Source of the DNA: Macrostomum lignano
Taxonomy: Eukaryota
Direction: 5' to 3'
Assembly: GCA_002269645.1 (NCBI GenBank)
Contig: NIVC01003663.1
Span: 1 to 43,474 of the forward strand
Length of the DNA: 43,474 bases
Numbering within the stretch: position 1 is the first letter of the stretch; each line of letters opens with the position of its first letter. Shown one piece after another: positions 11,107-22,950 of this stretch. The notes under the pieces are model-generated. The model was not told the origin of the DNA and searched no databases. It saw only the letters and a list, made by a program, of their open reading frames with translations. The position numbers and the translations under genes are program-made.

Positions 11107-13402
11107 GTCAATACGTCGTGACCTCTCTCTCTCTCTCTCTCTCTCTCCTCTCTCCCCCTTTACCGGGAAATCAGTGAAGGAGGTTCCCCAGACTTAGAAG
11201 TGATGAGTGCAACTTGTTTGTGCTTGAGAACCAAAAACTGGTGGAGGATTTGACAACGGTACAGGTCAAAGGCAACCTAGAGGTACCAGAGACCAGAGCG
11301 ATTCAGGGGCTCAAGCGAACAGCTCCGTCGTGATAAAAAAGGCGGACAAAGGTAACGCAGTGGTCATCATGCACCCTAGGGATTACGAATTTGCAGCCTA
11401 CAACCAATTGCTTGACACTAATGCCTATCAACAGCTGGACTAGCCACTGCAACCCGAGACTGCGGAAATGATTAGGGGGATCTTCCTCGATTTATGTAAC
11501 AGAAAGTTCATAACTAAGAAACAGTTTTCTTTTCTTTGCCTTGGAGAGAACTTCTGTCCCCGGCATTTCTACCTGCTCCCAAAAAATCACAAGGACCCGG
11601 CCACCTCGCTGATCCACTTCCGGGTCCCAGCAGACAGACCTATTGTTAGCCCAAGCGCAACCCACTTTCGTTAAGGACTCCTATGACTTCAAAGCACACC
11701 TTATGGATAAAAGCTGCACGGAAGGTCCTTGCTCTGGCAACTTTTGATGTCCAGAGTCTGTACTTCATGATCCCCACAGACCACGTCGTTGCAGCGATCC
11801 AGGAATTCTTTAATCGACTCCCAGATCCCATTGGACCGGATGCTGAGATAATAAAGCTACTGGAACTGTGTTTATACAGGAATGACTTTGAATTCGACAA
11901 AATGATTTTTTACAACTTAGAGGCACAGTCTCGGGGCGCATAATTGCGCCCAGCTATGCATGTCTCTTCATGAGCCTCTGGGAGGAAACTGCCCTGAGAA
12001 CTGCTCTTTATAAGCCGAGCATCTATTCTAGGTACATAGATGATCTTTATTCACTGGGACCACCTGACTGAAGCTCTGACAGAATTTGTTCGACACCTGA
12101 ATCCCATCAACCCCAACATTAAACTCACAGTCAGCTCCTCATCGACTGAGGCCAGTTTCCTTGACATGACCATCAAGAAAGCTGAAAACCGCTTCACAAC
12201 ACAACTGTTTTCGAAAGAAACAGACACTCACAGATTGTTGCACCGACAGCCCTTCCATCCGTCACACACCTTCAAGGGGGTAGTAAAATCCCAAGTCCTT
12301 CGGTACGCCCGTATCTGTGATGACTACAAGTCTTTCAACGATGCTTTCAATTCTTTAAAATCGGAACTCAAGCAATTAGGCTACTCGAAGATTTTTCTTA
12401 GAAACTGCAAAAAGGAGGTCCTCAAACTCATGAACTGGACTGCAGGACCAATGACCAATCTGGGTCTGCTTCCCAAAGGGTTCCATCCCTGTGGGTCATC
12501 CCGCTGCAAATGCTGCACCCACTCACTGCATGCTCTCTCCGCCCAGGGACTGGGACCGGCTTCCGGTTTTTTAATCTCCCAGAGCCTGTCCTGTGGCTCC
12601 AAGAACATCATCTATGGCATCTCCAGTAACCAGTGCCACCCTGGGAAAATCCTCTATGTAGGTATGACTAGAAGAACAATGAGAGATAGAATGAACCAGC
12701 ACAGGTCAAATATTAACAGGAGAGTCTTTACTTCGGGGTCAGAGCACTTTCTCACCCCCAATCACTCGATTTCAAACTTTGTCACTATTGCCATTGAACA
12801 GGTTCTTAATAACAACAAAATCGAACTAAGGGTAGAAATCTGGATTGAAAAAACTGGGGACTGACAAACCGCCGGGTACGAACATCAGGGTTGACAATCA
12901 GATCTTCTCCGACCCATCCCACTGGTCCTTCCTTTTCACCCATCTACGGTCTGGCTCGCCAACGAGATTGCTAAGAACTTTGATAAACTGCAACACAAAC
13001 CAGGCTCCCGCATTCTGCCCGCATTTACACGGCAACGAAATTTACAGAGCCTCCTGGCTCCCAATAAGTCTAAGTCTCAGCCAGGAAACCAATGAATCAT
13101 TTTACCTATGGAACTACAATATTTATTCACTTTGTCCTTTATTTTATTCAAATTTCTTGAATTCAAGACTTCAAAAAATTCTTCAATACCTGCATTTCAT
13201 TTAATCGTATAGTAACTTTGAAAAAACAATTTTTAATATACTGCCGCCTAAACTTACTGGTTGAAAAGCCTCTGGGACAAGATAGAGCTAAACTGAACAG
13301 GGTTTTTAATGTACATCCTTCATATGTACAGCTGCTCATCAATTTTATCAGACTGAGAAAAATGATACTTTAAAGGCCAACTTGCATTGCACATTGATTT
13401 TT

Positions 13403-13440
13403 GGCCTGACGAAGAGCCCAGAGGCTTGAAACCGGTAGCC
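13403..13440 (+). ncRNA. Minimal type I hammerhead ribozyme (3' pLTR copy)
   Basis: GGC-CTGACGA-A-GAGCC-CAGA-GGCTT-GAAA-CCGGTA-GCC. Catalytic core intact; stem I GGC/GCC; 5-bp stem II; palindromic loopless stem III ACCGGT; cleavage triplet GTA (13435-37). Matches the known PLE hammerhead type. Confidence 0.85.
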
Positions 13441-13482
13441 CATATCGCTCATACTATCTTTTTAACACGCCGTGACCTCTCT

Positions 13483-13499
<17 letters not shown>

Positions 13500-13516
<17 letters not shown>

Positions 13517-13800
13517 ACCCCTCTCTCTCTCTCTCACTCTCTCTGAGGGAGGCATTCACTTCAACTGATGCGGAGTATCGGCGGGCTGCAGTCTTAGAGA
13601 TACAATAGTTTTCATCTTGCAGAGGCCCTGCTTTAAAAACGTAGTCTTGAGGTTGCTTAAGTTTCGCGTGCAGAGCCTGGCCTTTTGTTTCCAAAAATTC
13701 TTTGCTCACCCGTGACGAGTGACGCGTGACGTGGCATTTTGTTGAAGCAGCACCATAAATAATTCATCTGGTGTTTCTACGCTTCTCACTCCGGGCACTC
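13500..13800 (-). pseudogene. Possible pogo/Tigger (CENP-B-type HTH) transposase remnant
   Basis: Across frames: DEL/YLW..LVTGE/EFLETKGQALHAKLKQPQDYVFKA, loosely like the Tc5 HTH consensus. Two or more frameshifts are needed. Confidence 0.3.
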
Positions 13801-13950
13801 CACCGCAGTCACTCTTCAGAGCTTGAACTGAAATCTTGAAGGCAGGCAGGGCAAGCACATGCTTTTATTCTGTACTTGTAGAAGCCAATCGAAATAAGTT
13901 GCAGTAAAAAAAATTACTAAATTGAGAAATTTCACAATTCAACAGATAGA

Positions 13951-14123
13951 CTAATAGACATCAGATGAGGCACAAGCGCTCACTAATAGACAACAGATGA
14001 GGCACAAGCGCTCACTAATAGACAACAGATGAGGCACAAGCGCTCACTAATAGACAACAGATGTGGCACAAGCGCTCACTAATAGACAACAGATGTGCCA
14101 CACAAGCGCTCATTTATAGACAA
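13951..14123. repeat. 32-bp minisatellite CAGATGAGGCACAAGCGCTCACTAATAGACAA, about 5 copies
   Basis: Read directly. Confidence 0.95.
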
Positions 14124-14246
14124 CATGGGAAAATATGCTCCGATGGGCAAAGCCTCATCCAGGAGTCAGCCTCACCTTCTTTCGGAAAAGTATACACCGC
14201 TTTTGTAGTTGCTGGTGCAGCCTGCAATGCAATACTTCGTCGGCAT
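14120..14246 (-). pseudogene. Frameshifted THAP zinc-finger-like remnant
   Basis: ATG at 14246: MPTKYCIAGCTSNYK, then a shift to AVYTFPKEGEADSWMRLCP-SEHIF. This carries the THAP pattern C-x-C...FP...W...P..xHF in shortened form. Confidence 0.5.
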
Positions 14247-15030
14247 CTTGTATAACTCGATTGAATTTGAAGCAAGAAAAGATTCAGATAACGCAGAAAA
14301 GTTAGCTGTTTGCTCTTAACTAGACTTGCAGGCTATCATGCTACGCTGCTATGCGAAATGACTAATGGGATTGGCCCTCATGGCTGTAAATCGCACGACA
14401 ATTCTGTAACCCTTCGATTTTCAGATGAACTGAAAGGCTCATTCGTTGCCATGGAGACGCAGCCCATCTTCTCGTCGACAGCTACAACCAGCCGTCTAAT
14501 CGCTGCTCCTTTAAAGCTTTCGGAAATCTATTGCAGCATAGAGTGCTCAAAAGTGCTCAAGTGCGCTTACTTTCTGTTTAATTACTCAATCAAAGAATGC
14601 TGGCTATTGTAAGTTTCCAGCATCCGTAGCAGCTTCATCGATGCGCTCAGCAGCAGCAACGAGGCGGAGTTTTTCGAAATAAACAGCGCCTATAGGAAGC
14701 GAGCACAATAAAAAACAAACTATTAGCGAAAACTACTGAAAGCATTTCTATGAATGGTCTTATTTTAAGGTTAAAATTTCTTTGTTGCCTTTTAGATGAA
14801 GTGGAAAAATTTCGCAACAACTTGAATATTTTCTAAGAATCGGCTTCTTTTTTAACAAAAATTATTTAAAGATTAGTTTTTCTCACTTGAACAACTCAAA
14901 AAAATAATATTTAATAATAATGCAGATTTATTGAAAATAAATAAACTGACTATCGATAAGTACGTATTGAAATTTTGGATTGGTTTTGAGTTTTTTCGCG
15001 TTGTTTTTAGACGTGTGCATTGAATGTGAA

Positions 15031-17708
15031 GAAATCTCAGGGTGAGGAGGGAATCTCAGGATGAGGGAATCTCAGGATGAGGAGGGAATCTCAGGGTGAG
15101 GGAATCTCAGGGTGAGGAGGGAATCCCAAGATGAGAAGGGAATCTCAAGGTGAGGAGGGAATCTCAAGATGAGGAGGGAATCTCAGGGTGAGGAGGGAAT
15201 CTCAGGATGAGAAGGGAATCTCAGGGTGAGGGAATCTCGGGGTGAGGAGGGAATCTCAAGATGAGAAGGGAATCTCAGGGTGTGGAGAAATCTCAGGATG
15301 AGGAGGGAATCTCAGGGTGAGGAGAGATGAGAAGGGAAGGGAAGGGAAGGATGAGAAGGGAAGGGAAGGGAAGGATGAGAAGGGAATCTCAGGGTGAGGG
15401 AATCTCGAGGTGAGGAGGGAATCTCGGGGTGAGGGAATCTCAGGGTGAGGGAATCTCAGGGTGAGGGAATCTCAGGGCGAGGGAATCTCGGGGTGTGGAG
15501 GGAATCTCAGGGTGAGGAGAGAATCTCTGGGTGAGGAGGGAATCTCAGGATGAGGAGGGAATCTCAGGGTGAAGGAATCTCAGGGTGAGGAGGGAATCCC
15601 AAGATGAGAAGGAAATCTCAAGGTGAGGAGGGAATCTCAAGATGAGGAGGGAATCTCAGGGTGAGGAGAAAATCTCAGGATGAGAAGGGAATCTCAGGGT
15701 GAGGGAATCTCGGGGTGAGGAGGGAATCTCAAGATGAGAAGGGAATCTCAGGGTGTGGAGAAATCTCAGGATGAGGAGGGAATCTCAGGGTGAGGAGAGA
15801 TGAGAAGGGAAGGGAAGGGAAGGATGAGAAGGGAAGGGAAGGGAAGGATGAGAAGGGAATCTCAGGGTGAGGGAATCTCGAGGTGAGGAGGGAATCTCGG
15901 GGTGAGGGAATCTCAGGGTGAGGGAATCTCAGGGTGAGGGAATCTCGGGGTGTGGAGGGAATCTCAGGGTGAGGAGAGAATCTCGGGGTGAGGAGGGAAT
16001 CTCAGGGTGAGGAGGGAATCTCAAGATGAGGAGGGAATCTCAAGGTGAGGAGGGAATCTCAAGATGAGGAGGGAATCTCAGAGTGAGGAGAAAATCTCAG
16101 GATGAGAAGGGAATCTCAGGGTGAGGGAATCTCAGTGTGAGGAGGGAATCTCAAGATGAGAAGGGAATCTCAGGGTGAGGAGAGAATCTCAGGATGAGAA
16201 GGGAATCACAGGTTGAGGAGGGAATCTCGGGGTGAGGAGGGAATCTCAGGATGAGGATGGAATCTCAGGGTGAGGAGGGAATCTCGGGGTGAGGAGGGAA
16301 TCTCAGGGTGAGGGAATCTCGGGGTGAGGGAATCTCAGGGTGAGGGAATCTCGGGTGAGGAGGGAATCTCAGGATGAGGATGGAATCTCAGGGTGAGGAG
16401 GGAATCTTGGGGTGAGGAGGGAATCTCAGGGTGAGGGAATCTCAGGGTGAGGGAATCTCAGGGTGAGGAGGGAATCCCAGGGTGAGGGAATCTCGGGGTG
16501 CGGAGGGAATCTCAGGGTGAGGAGAGAATCTCGGGGTGAGGAGGGAATCTCAGGGTGAGGAGGGAATCTCAGGATGAGGAGGGAATCTCAAGGTGAGGAG
16601 GGAATCTCAAGATGAGGAGGGAATCTCAAGGTGAGGAGGGAATCTCAAGATGAGGGAATCTCAAGGTGAGGAGGGAATCTCAAGATGAGGAGGGAATCTC
16701 AGAGTGAGGAGAAAATCTCAGGATGAGAAGGGAATCTCAGGGTGAGGGAATCTCGGGGTGAGGAGGGAATCTCAAGATGAGAAGGGAATCTCAGGGTGTG
16801 GAGGGAATCTCAGGGTGAGGAGGGAATCTCGGGGTGAGGAGGGAATCTCAGGGTGAGGAGAGAATCTCAGGATGAGAAGGGAATCTCAGGGTGAGGGAAT
16901 CTCGAGGTGAGGAGGGAATCTCAGGGTGAGGGAATCTCGGGGTGAGGAGGGAATCTCAGGGTGAGGGAATCTCGGGGTGAGGAGGGAATCTCATGATGAG
17001 GAGGGTATCTCAGGGTGTGGAAGGAATCTCAGGGTGAGGAGAAAATCTCGGGGTGAGGAGGGAATCTAAGGGTGAGGGAATCTCGGGGTGAGGAGGGAAT
17101 ATCATGATGAGGAGGGAATCTCAGGGTGTGGAGGGAATCTCAGGGTGAGGAGGGAATCTCGGGGTGAGGAGGGAATCTCAGGGTGAGGAGAGAATCTCAG
17201 GATGAGAAGGGAATCTCAGGGTGAGGGAATCTCGAGGTGAGGAGGGAATCTCAGGGTGAGGGAATCTCGGGGTGAGGAGGGAATCTCAGGGTGAGGGAAT
17301 CTCGGGGTGAGGAGGGAATCTCATGATGAGGAGGGTATCTCAGGGTGTGGAAGGAATCTCAGGGTGAGGAGAGAATCTCGGGGTGAGGAGGGAATCTAAG
17401 GGTGAGGGAATCTCAGGGTGAGGGAATCTCGGGTGAGGAGGGAATATCATGATGAGGAGGGTATCTCAGGGTGTGGAGGGAATCTCAGGGTGAGGGAATC
17501 TCGGGGTGAGGAGGGAATATCATGATGAGGAGGGTATCTCAGGGTGTGGAGGGAATCTCTGGGTGAGGAGAGATTCTCAGGATGAGGATGGAATCTCAGG
17601 GTGAGGAGGGAATCTCGGGGTGAGGAGGGAATCTCAGGGTGAGGGAATCTCGGGGTGAGGGAATCTCAGGGTGAGGAGGGAATCTCATGATGAGGAGGGT
17701 ATCTCAGG
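15031..17708. repeat. 2.7-kb G/A-rich satellite of 17-20-bp units (GAGGGAATCTCAGGGTGAG and variants)
   Basis: Read directly; internal block duplications with offsets of 473 bp and 330 bp. Confidence 0.98.
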
Positions 17709-17897
17709 CTGATTACCGAAGTAACATCCATTTCTTAAGTCTCAAGGCATTCGAAATAAAAAAGAGAATAGCTTCGCTCATTGAAACGATATTTTTCACT
17801 CATAAAGTGCATAACCGCAAAGTACATTTTGCGCTGACCTTTCTGTATTTTTTACGAACTTTTGCCACCACATGAATAATGTAATGCTTTAAAAATG

Positions 17898-20470
17898 CTA
17901 TTTAAACTTTTGCGACTTCACAAGGCCAGCCCGGATGCCAGACTTTTCACCCGAGTAGCGATTCACTTCCGGTCGAACTTCCGGCACCTGAGATCGACGT
18001 TTAATCATAGCTTTACGGAATTTGTCGCGCAGTTTCACGCGAGGATTGCTGTCACCCGGCTTGGCTTTCTTGCCGCCGCGAGGCCGGCGCTTGTGCAGAC
18101 GCACCGGCAGGTTCTTCTGCATCTCCCAGTAGATCGGGCGATGCTGCTGCTGCTGCTGCTGGCTCGTCTTGTCGTCGACGGCTTCTTCTTCTTCTTCTTC
18201 TTCAACAGCCGCCTCCAATTTAATTTTTCCAGATTTTTTCGATGACGATTTCTTATTAACACTACTGCTAGTAGTACTACTGGGGTTGGAGCTGATATCG
18301 ACTAAATTGCGTGTCGCATCTTCAGCTTGGCGAAGCAGTCGACGAATCGGATGCCGATGCAAGCCAGCCGACACAGTCGGATCTGCTCGCATTCTCAAAT
18401 AGGCGCACAACAATATATAGTGCCATTTGAGCACAGCCTGCTCATCTGTGAGCTCGGATTCCGCTAGGCCAACTAACGGTTTGAGTCTGTTCTCTAGTCG
18501 AGTCTTCTGCTCGTAGGCGCGTCGCATGTCGGGCCAACGGTTTGAGTCGCTTAGCAACAGGTGCTGCTCCAGAGACACACCCGGCGGCGGCCTCTCGTAG
18601 GCGGGCAGCTCAGTTGCCAGACGGACCAGCTGCTGCTGCTGCTGCGGTCGCTTTTTCAACGACTCTTTAGACGACAACGCTGTCGATGCGGCAGCAGTCG
18701 CCGATGTCGACGACACCGACGAAGGCAAATCCGACGGCAAACCGACGCCTAGTAAACGACGCCGCAGTCTCTCTCGTTCCTCGCGCATCAGCCTGGCCGT
18801 GCTGGCGTCTTCGCCACCTTCTATATCATCGTCTTCCTCTTCGCCGTCGGAGTCGCCTGCCGCGTAGCGATACCGTCGCGACGTCGACCACTGCCGGTTG
18901 GCCAGCTGCTCCTCGCTGTCTTCTTCTTTGTCTGCTTCGTCGTCGTCCACCAAATCTTCGGCGACCTCCTTGCGAAATTTTTGCAGCCGGGCTCGCTTCA
19001 AGATGTCGCGATACTGACCGACCATCTCGTCATCATCGTCTGCGGAGTTATCGGAGTCCAGGCCCACCGGGAGCAGCTCGGCGGCTGGCTGTTTGACTCG
19101 ACTTTTTCTGGACGCCTCCGCATGGCGGGACAGCTCGTCCAGCAGGATCTGGGCGGGTTTGGGGAATTGTGAATTTTGTTGGGTACTGAATCCTCCATCA
19201 GTGCTTGAGAATCTGGCTCTCCGCTCCCTCAGTGCTTGAGAATCTGCCTCTCCGCTCCTCCCTCAGTGCTTGAGAATCTGCCTCTCCGCTCCTCCCTCAG
19301 TGCTTGAGAATCTGCCTCTCCGCTCCTCCCTCAGTGCTTGAGAATCTGCCTCTCCGCTCCTCCCTCAGTGCTTGAGAATCTGCCTCTCCGCTCCTCCCTC
19401 AGTGCTTGAGAATCTGCCTCTCCGCTCCTCCATCAGTGCTTGAGAATCTGCCTCTCCGCTCCTCCATCAGTGCTTGAGAATCTGCCTCTCCAGTCAATCA
19501 GTGCTTGAGAATCTGCCTCTCCAGTCAATCAGTGCTTGAGAATCTGCCTCTCCAGTCAATCAGTGCTTGAGAATCTGCCTCTCCAGTCAATCAGTGCTTG
19601 GGAATCTGCCTCTCCACTCCTCCCTCAGTGCTTGAGAATCTGCGTCTCCAGTCAATCAGTGCTTGAGAATCTGCCTCTCCAGTCAATCAGTGCTTGGGAA
19701 TCTGCCTCTCCGCTCCCTCAGTGCTTGAGAATCTGCCTCTCCGCTCCCTCAGTGCTTGGGAATCTGCCTCTCCGCTCCCTCAGTGCTTGAGAATCTGCCT
19801 CTCCGCTCCCTCAGTGCTTGGGAATCTGCCTCTCCGCTCCCTCAGTGCTTGAGAATCTGCCTCTCCGCTCCCTCAGTGCTTGAGAATCTGCCTCTCCGCT
19901 CCCTCAGTGCTTGGGAATCTGCCTCTCCGCTCCCTCAGTGCTTGAGAATCTGCCTCTCCGCTCCCTCAGTGCTTGGGAATCTGCCTCTCCGCTCCCTCAG
20001 TGCTTGAGAATCTGCCTCTCCGCTCCCTCAGTGCTTGAGAATCTGCCTCTCCGCTCCTCCATCAGTGCTTGGGAATCTGCCTCTCCGCTCCCTCAGTGCT
20101 TGAGAATCTGCCTCTCCGCTCCCTCAGTGCTTGAGAATCTGCCTCTCCGCTCCTCCATCAGTGCTTGGGAATCTGCCTCTCCGCTCCCTCAGTGCTTGGG
20201 AATCTGCCTCTCCGCTCCCTCAGTGCTTGAGAATCTGCCTCTCCGCTCCCTCAGTGCTTGAGAATCTGCCTCTCCGCTCCTCCATCAGTGCTTGGGAATC
20301 TGCCTCTCCGCTCCCTCAGTGCTTGGGAATCTGCCTCTCCGCTCCCTCAGTGCTTGGGAATCTGCCTCTGTGCTCTAAAGGTGGGTAAATTAACATTACC
20401 AGCATGAAAAAAGAAGGCTCACCTTATCCTGATCCGCTTCAAAGTCGCGCTCAGAATCGCTTGAGTCGGC
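17898..20470 (-). CDS. UTP3: UTP3/SAS10 (SSU processome component), 2 identified exons, about 430 aa
   Basis: Exons 20423-20470 (ADSSDSERDFEADQDK; TTTTTCAG acceptor, GTGAG donor) and 17898-19148 (ILLDELS...), phase 0. Acidic N-terminus, central Sas10/Utp3/C1D-like region (..HRHPIRRLL), and C-terminal Sas10 domain NPRVKLRDKFRKAMIKRRSQVPEVRPEVNRYSGEKSGIRAGLVKSQKFK. The start is either ATG 20488 or a spliced-leader AUG. Confidence 0.92.
19199..20369. repeat. 31/34-bp minisatellite (CAGTGCTTGAGAATCTGCCTCTCCGCTCCCT) filling the UTP3 intron
   Basis: Read directly; it occupies about 1170 of the 1274-nt intron (19149-20422), with zoned unit variants. Confidence 0.98.
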
Positions 20471-21063
20471 CTGAAAAAATGATTTCATATACGGATATGC
20501 TCAAACAATACTTAAATACGAGTATCTCGTAGTTACATACTAAGCCATATAATATATCGATCTCAATGTTGTAAGGATATACCTAGTTTACTCAAACTAG
20601 AAAAAAATACTAAAAAGTCAGATTAACTTGAGTTATAAAAGTAGTAATTTCAATTTATTTTCTATTTAATTTAATATACACGTGCACAGGCAGTTCTAAA
20701 AGTAAGGTAAAGTGACTTTTACCTAGGTGACCCTAGCTCTACCTACCTAACTAATGATACTGTATCTGTCTACAATTGAAGGATAATGTATATGGTATTT
20801 AGCATGGTTATATATTCTATCTATTCTGAATTAATATCACAAATAGTAGTTGAGTAAGACGCAAAAAACCGATTGAAACGATGAAATTAAAGAACTACAG
20901 GAAATGAAAAAAATTGTAACTACAAATATTGTAAAATAGAAGCTACAGAAGTTTCAAATCGTCAACGGTTTTATCTAAACTGCGTAGCAACTAAAAACCA
21001 AGACTGGAAGTGAATCAACCAAACTTTGGAAACCGAATAAAAACTGGGGCAACAAAAAAGCAA

Positions 21064-21861
21064 TAAAGATCGGAAGCTGCTCAACACTAAGACCGGAAGC
21101 TATTCAAGACTAAGACCGAAAGCTGCTCAACACTAAAACCGGAAGCTATTCAAGACTAATACCGAAAGCGGCTCAACAATAAGACCGGAAGCTATTCAAG
21201 ACTAAGACCGGAAGCTGCTCAACACTAAGACCGGAAGCTATTCAAGACTAAGACCGGAAGCTGCTCAACACTAAGACCGGAAGCTATTCATGACTAAGAT
21301 CGGAACCTGCTCAACAATAAGACCGGAAGCTATTCATGACTAAGATCGAAACCTGCTCAACAATAAGACCGGAAGCTATTCATGACTAAGATCGAAACCT
21401 GCTCAACAATAAGACCGGAAGCTATTCATGACTAAGATCGGAGCCTGCTCAACAATAAGACCGGAAGCTATTCATGACTAAGATCGAAACCTGCTCAACA
21501 ATAAGACCGGAAGCTATTCATGACTAAGATCGAAACCTGCTCAACAATAAGACCGGAAGCTATTCATGACTAAGATCGGAACCTGCTCAACAATAAGACC
21601 GGAAGCAATTCATGACTAAGATCTGTACCTGCTCAACAATAAGACCGGAAGCTATTCATGACTAAGATCGGAACCTGCTCAACAATAAGACCGGAAGCTA
21701 TTCAACAGTAAGGCCGGAAGCTATTCAACAGTAAGACCGGAAGCTATTCAAGACTAAGACGGAAAGGTGTTCATGACTAAGACCGGAAGCTACTAAAACA
21801 AAGACCGGAAGCTATTCATGACCAAGAGCGGGAGCTATTTATGACTAAGACTAAGACTAAG
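21064..21861. repeat. 46-bp (2 x 23-bp) higher-order tandem repeat between the NAXD-like gene and UTP3
   Basis: TAAGACCGGAAGCTATTCA(A/T)GAC alternates with TAAGA(C/T)CGGAA(G/C)CTGCTCAACA(C/A). Confidence 0.96.
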
Positions 21862-21896
21862 TATTACAAATTATAATAGCTAATAGCAAACAGCAG

Positions 21897-22307
21897 TCAA
21901 TGCAGACAGTCGGCCTCAGGAAACAGCCGGCAGAACGCGGCTCCGATCTGTTCCACCGTGTCGGCCGCTATGGTTGCCCGCCTACGCGAAGCAAACGCTT
22001 GAGCTGCGCACCGTCTGGCCAGTGCGGCGGCTGCGTAAGCGGCTAGCAAAGCCGGATGACGCAGCATCGGCAAGTTCGCGCTACTACTCACAGTAGTATT
22101 ATTAGTAGTAGCAGTACGACCATCGGCGGCCGAGAAACACCAGTGAGAGAACACCAGCGCTAGGCCGGCTAGCAGGGCGCCCTGGCCTGAGCAGCGGCGG
22201 GAGCTGCCCTGCGTGTGGGGAGACGGGGGGCGGTTGCGGAGATTCGAACTCGCGACCTAACTAGGTGAAGAAGAGAACTCTGTCTACTTATCCATCTATC
22301 TATCTAC

Positions 22308-22346
<39 letters not shown>

Positions 22347-22404
22347 CCTACCTATCTATCTATCTATCTTTCTATCTATCTATCTATCTATCTTTCTAAT
22401 CTGC

Positions 22405-22451
<47 letters not shown>

Positions 22452-22481
22452 CCTATCTATCTATCTAATCTGCCTATCTGC

Positions 22482-22568
<87 letters not shown>

Positions 22569-22582
22569 ATCTGCCTATCTGC

Positions 22583-22656
<74 letters not shown>

Positions 22657-22665
22657 GTCTATCTT

Positions 22666-22721
<56 letters not shown>

Positions 22722-22841
22722 CCTATCTATCTATCTATCTAATCTGCTTATCTATCTATCTATCTATCTATCTACCTATCTATCTATCTATCTATCTAAT
22801 CTGCCTATCTGCCTATCTATCTATCTATCTATCTAATCTGC

Positions 22842-22888
<47 letters not shown>

Positions 22889-22889
22889 C

Positions 22890-22950
<61 letters not shown>

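Larger units (their letters stand above)
11040..13550 (+). mobile_element. Decayed Penelope-like element (RT + GIY-YIG, Neptune-like) between two related pLTR segments
   Basis: Fragmented frames give IKKADKGNAVVIM, FYLLPKNHK, RPIVS, LATFDVQSLY, RYIDD, FLDMTI, a Cys linker PCGSSRCKCC and a GIY-YIG domain IIYGI..LYVGMT..RMNQH. There are many stops and frameshifts. A related hammerhead + CGTGACC(CT)n block occurs at both ends. Confidence 0.93.

Noticed and set aside
19536-20388. Repetitive ORFs in the UTP3 intron and at 8557-8852
   Set aside because: Translations of minisatellites with no coding signal.
21064-21861. CRISPR-like appearance of this array and the one at 38008-38250
   Set aside because: No unique spacers, no cas genes and a eukaryotic context; these are plain tandem repeats.
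22232-22262. tRNA-like T-arm/B box on the minus strand (AGGTCGCGAGTTCGAATCTCCGC)
   Set aside because: No A box or full cloverleaf; at most a tiny SINE or tRNA remnant.
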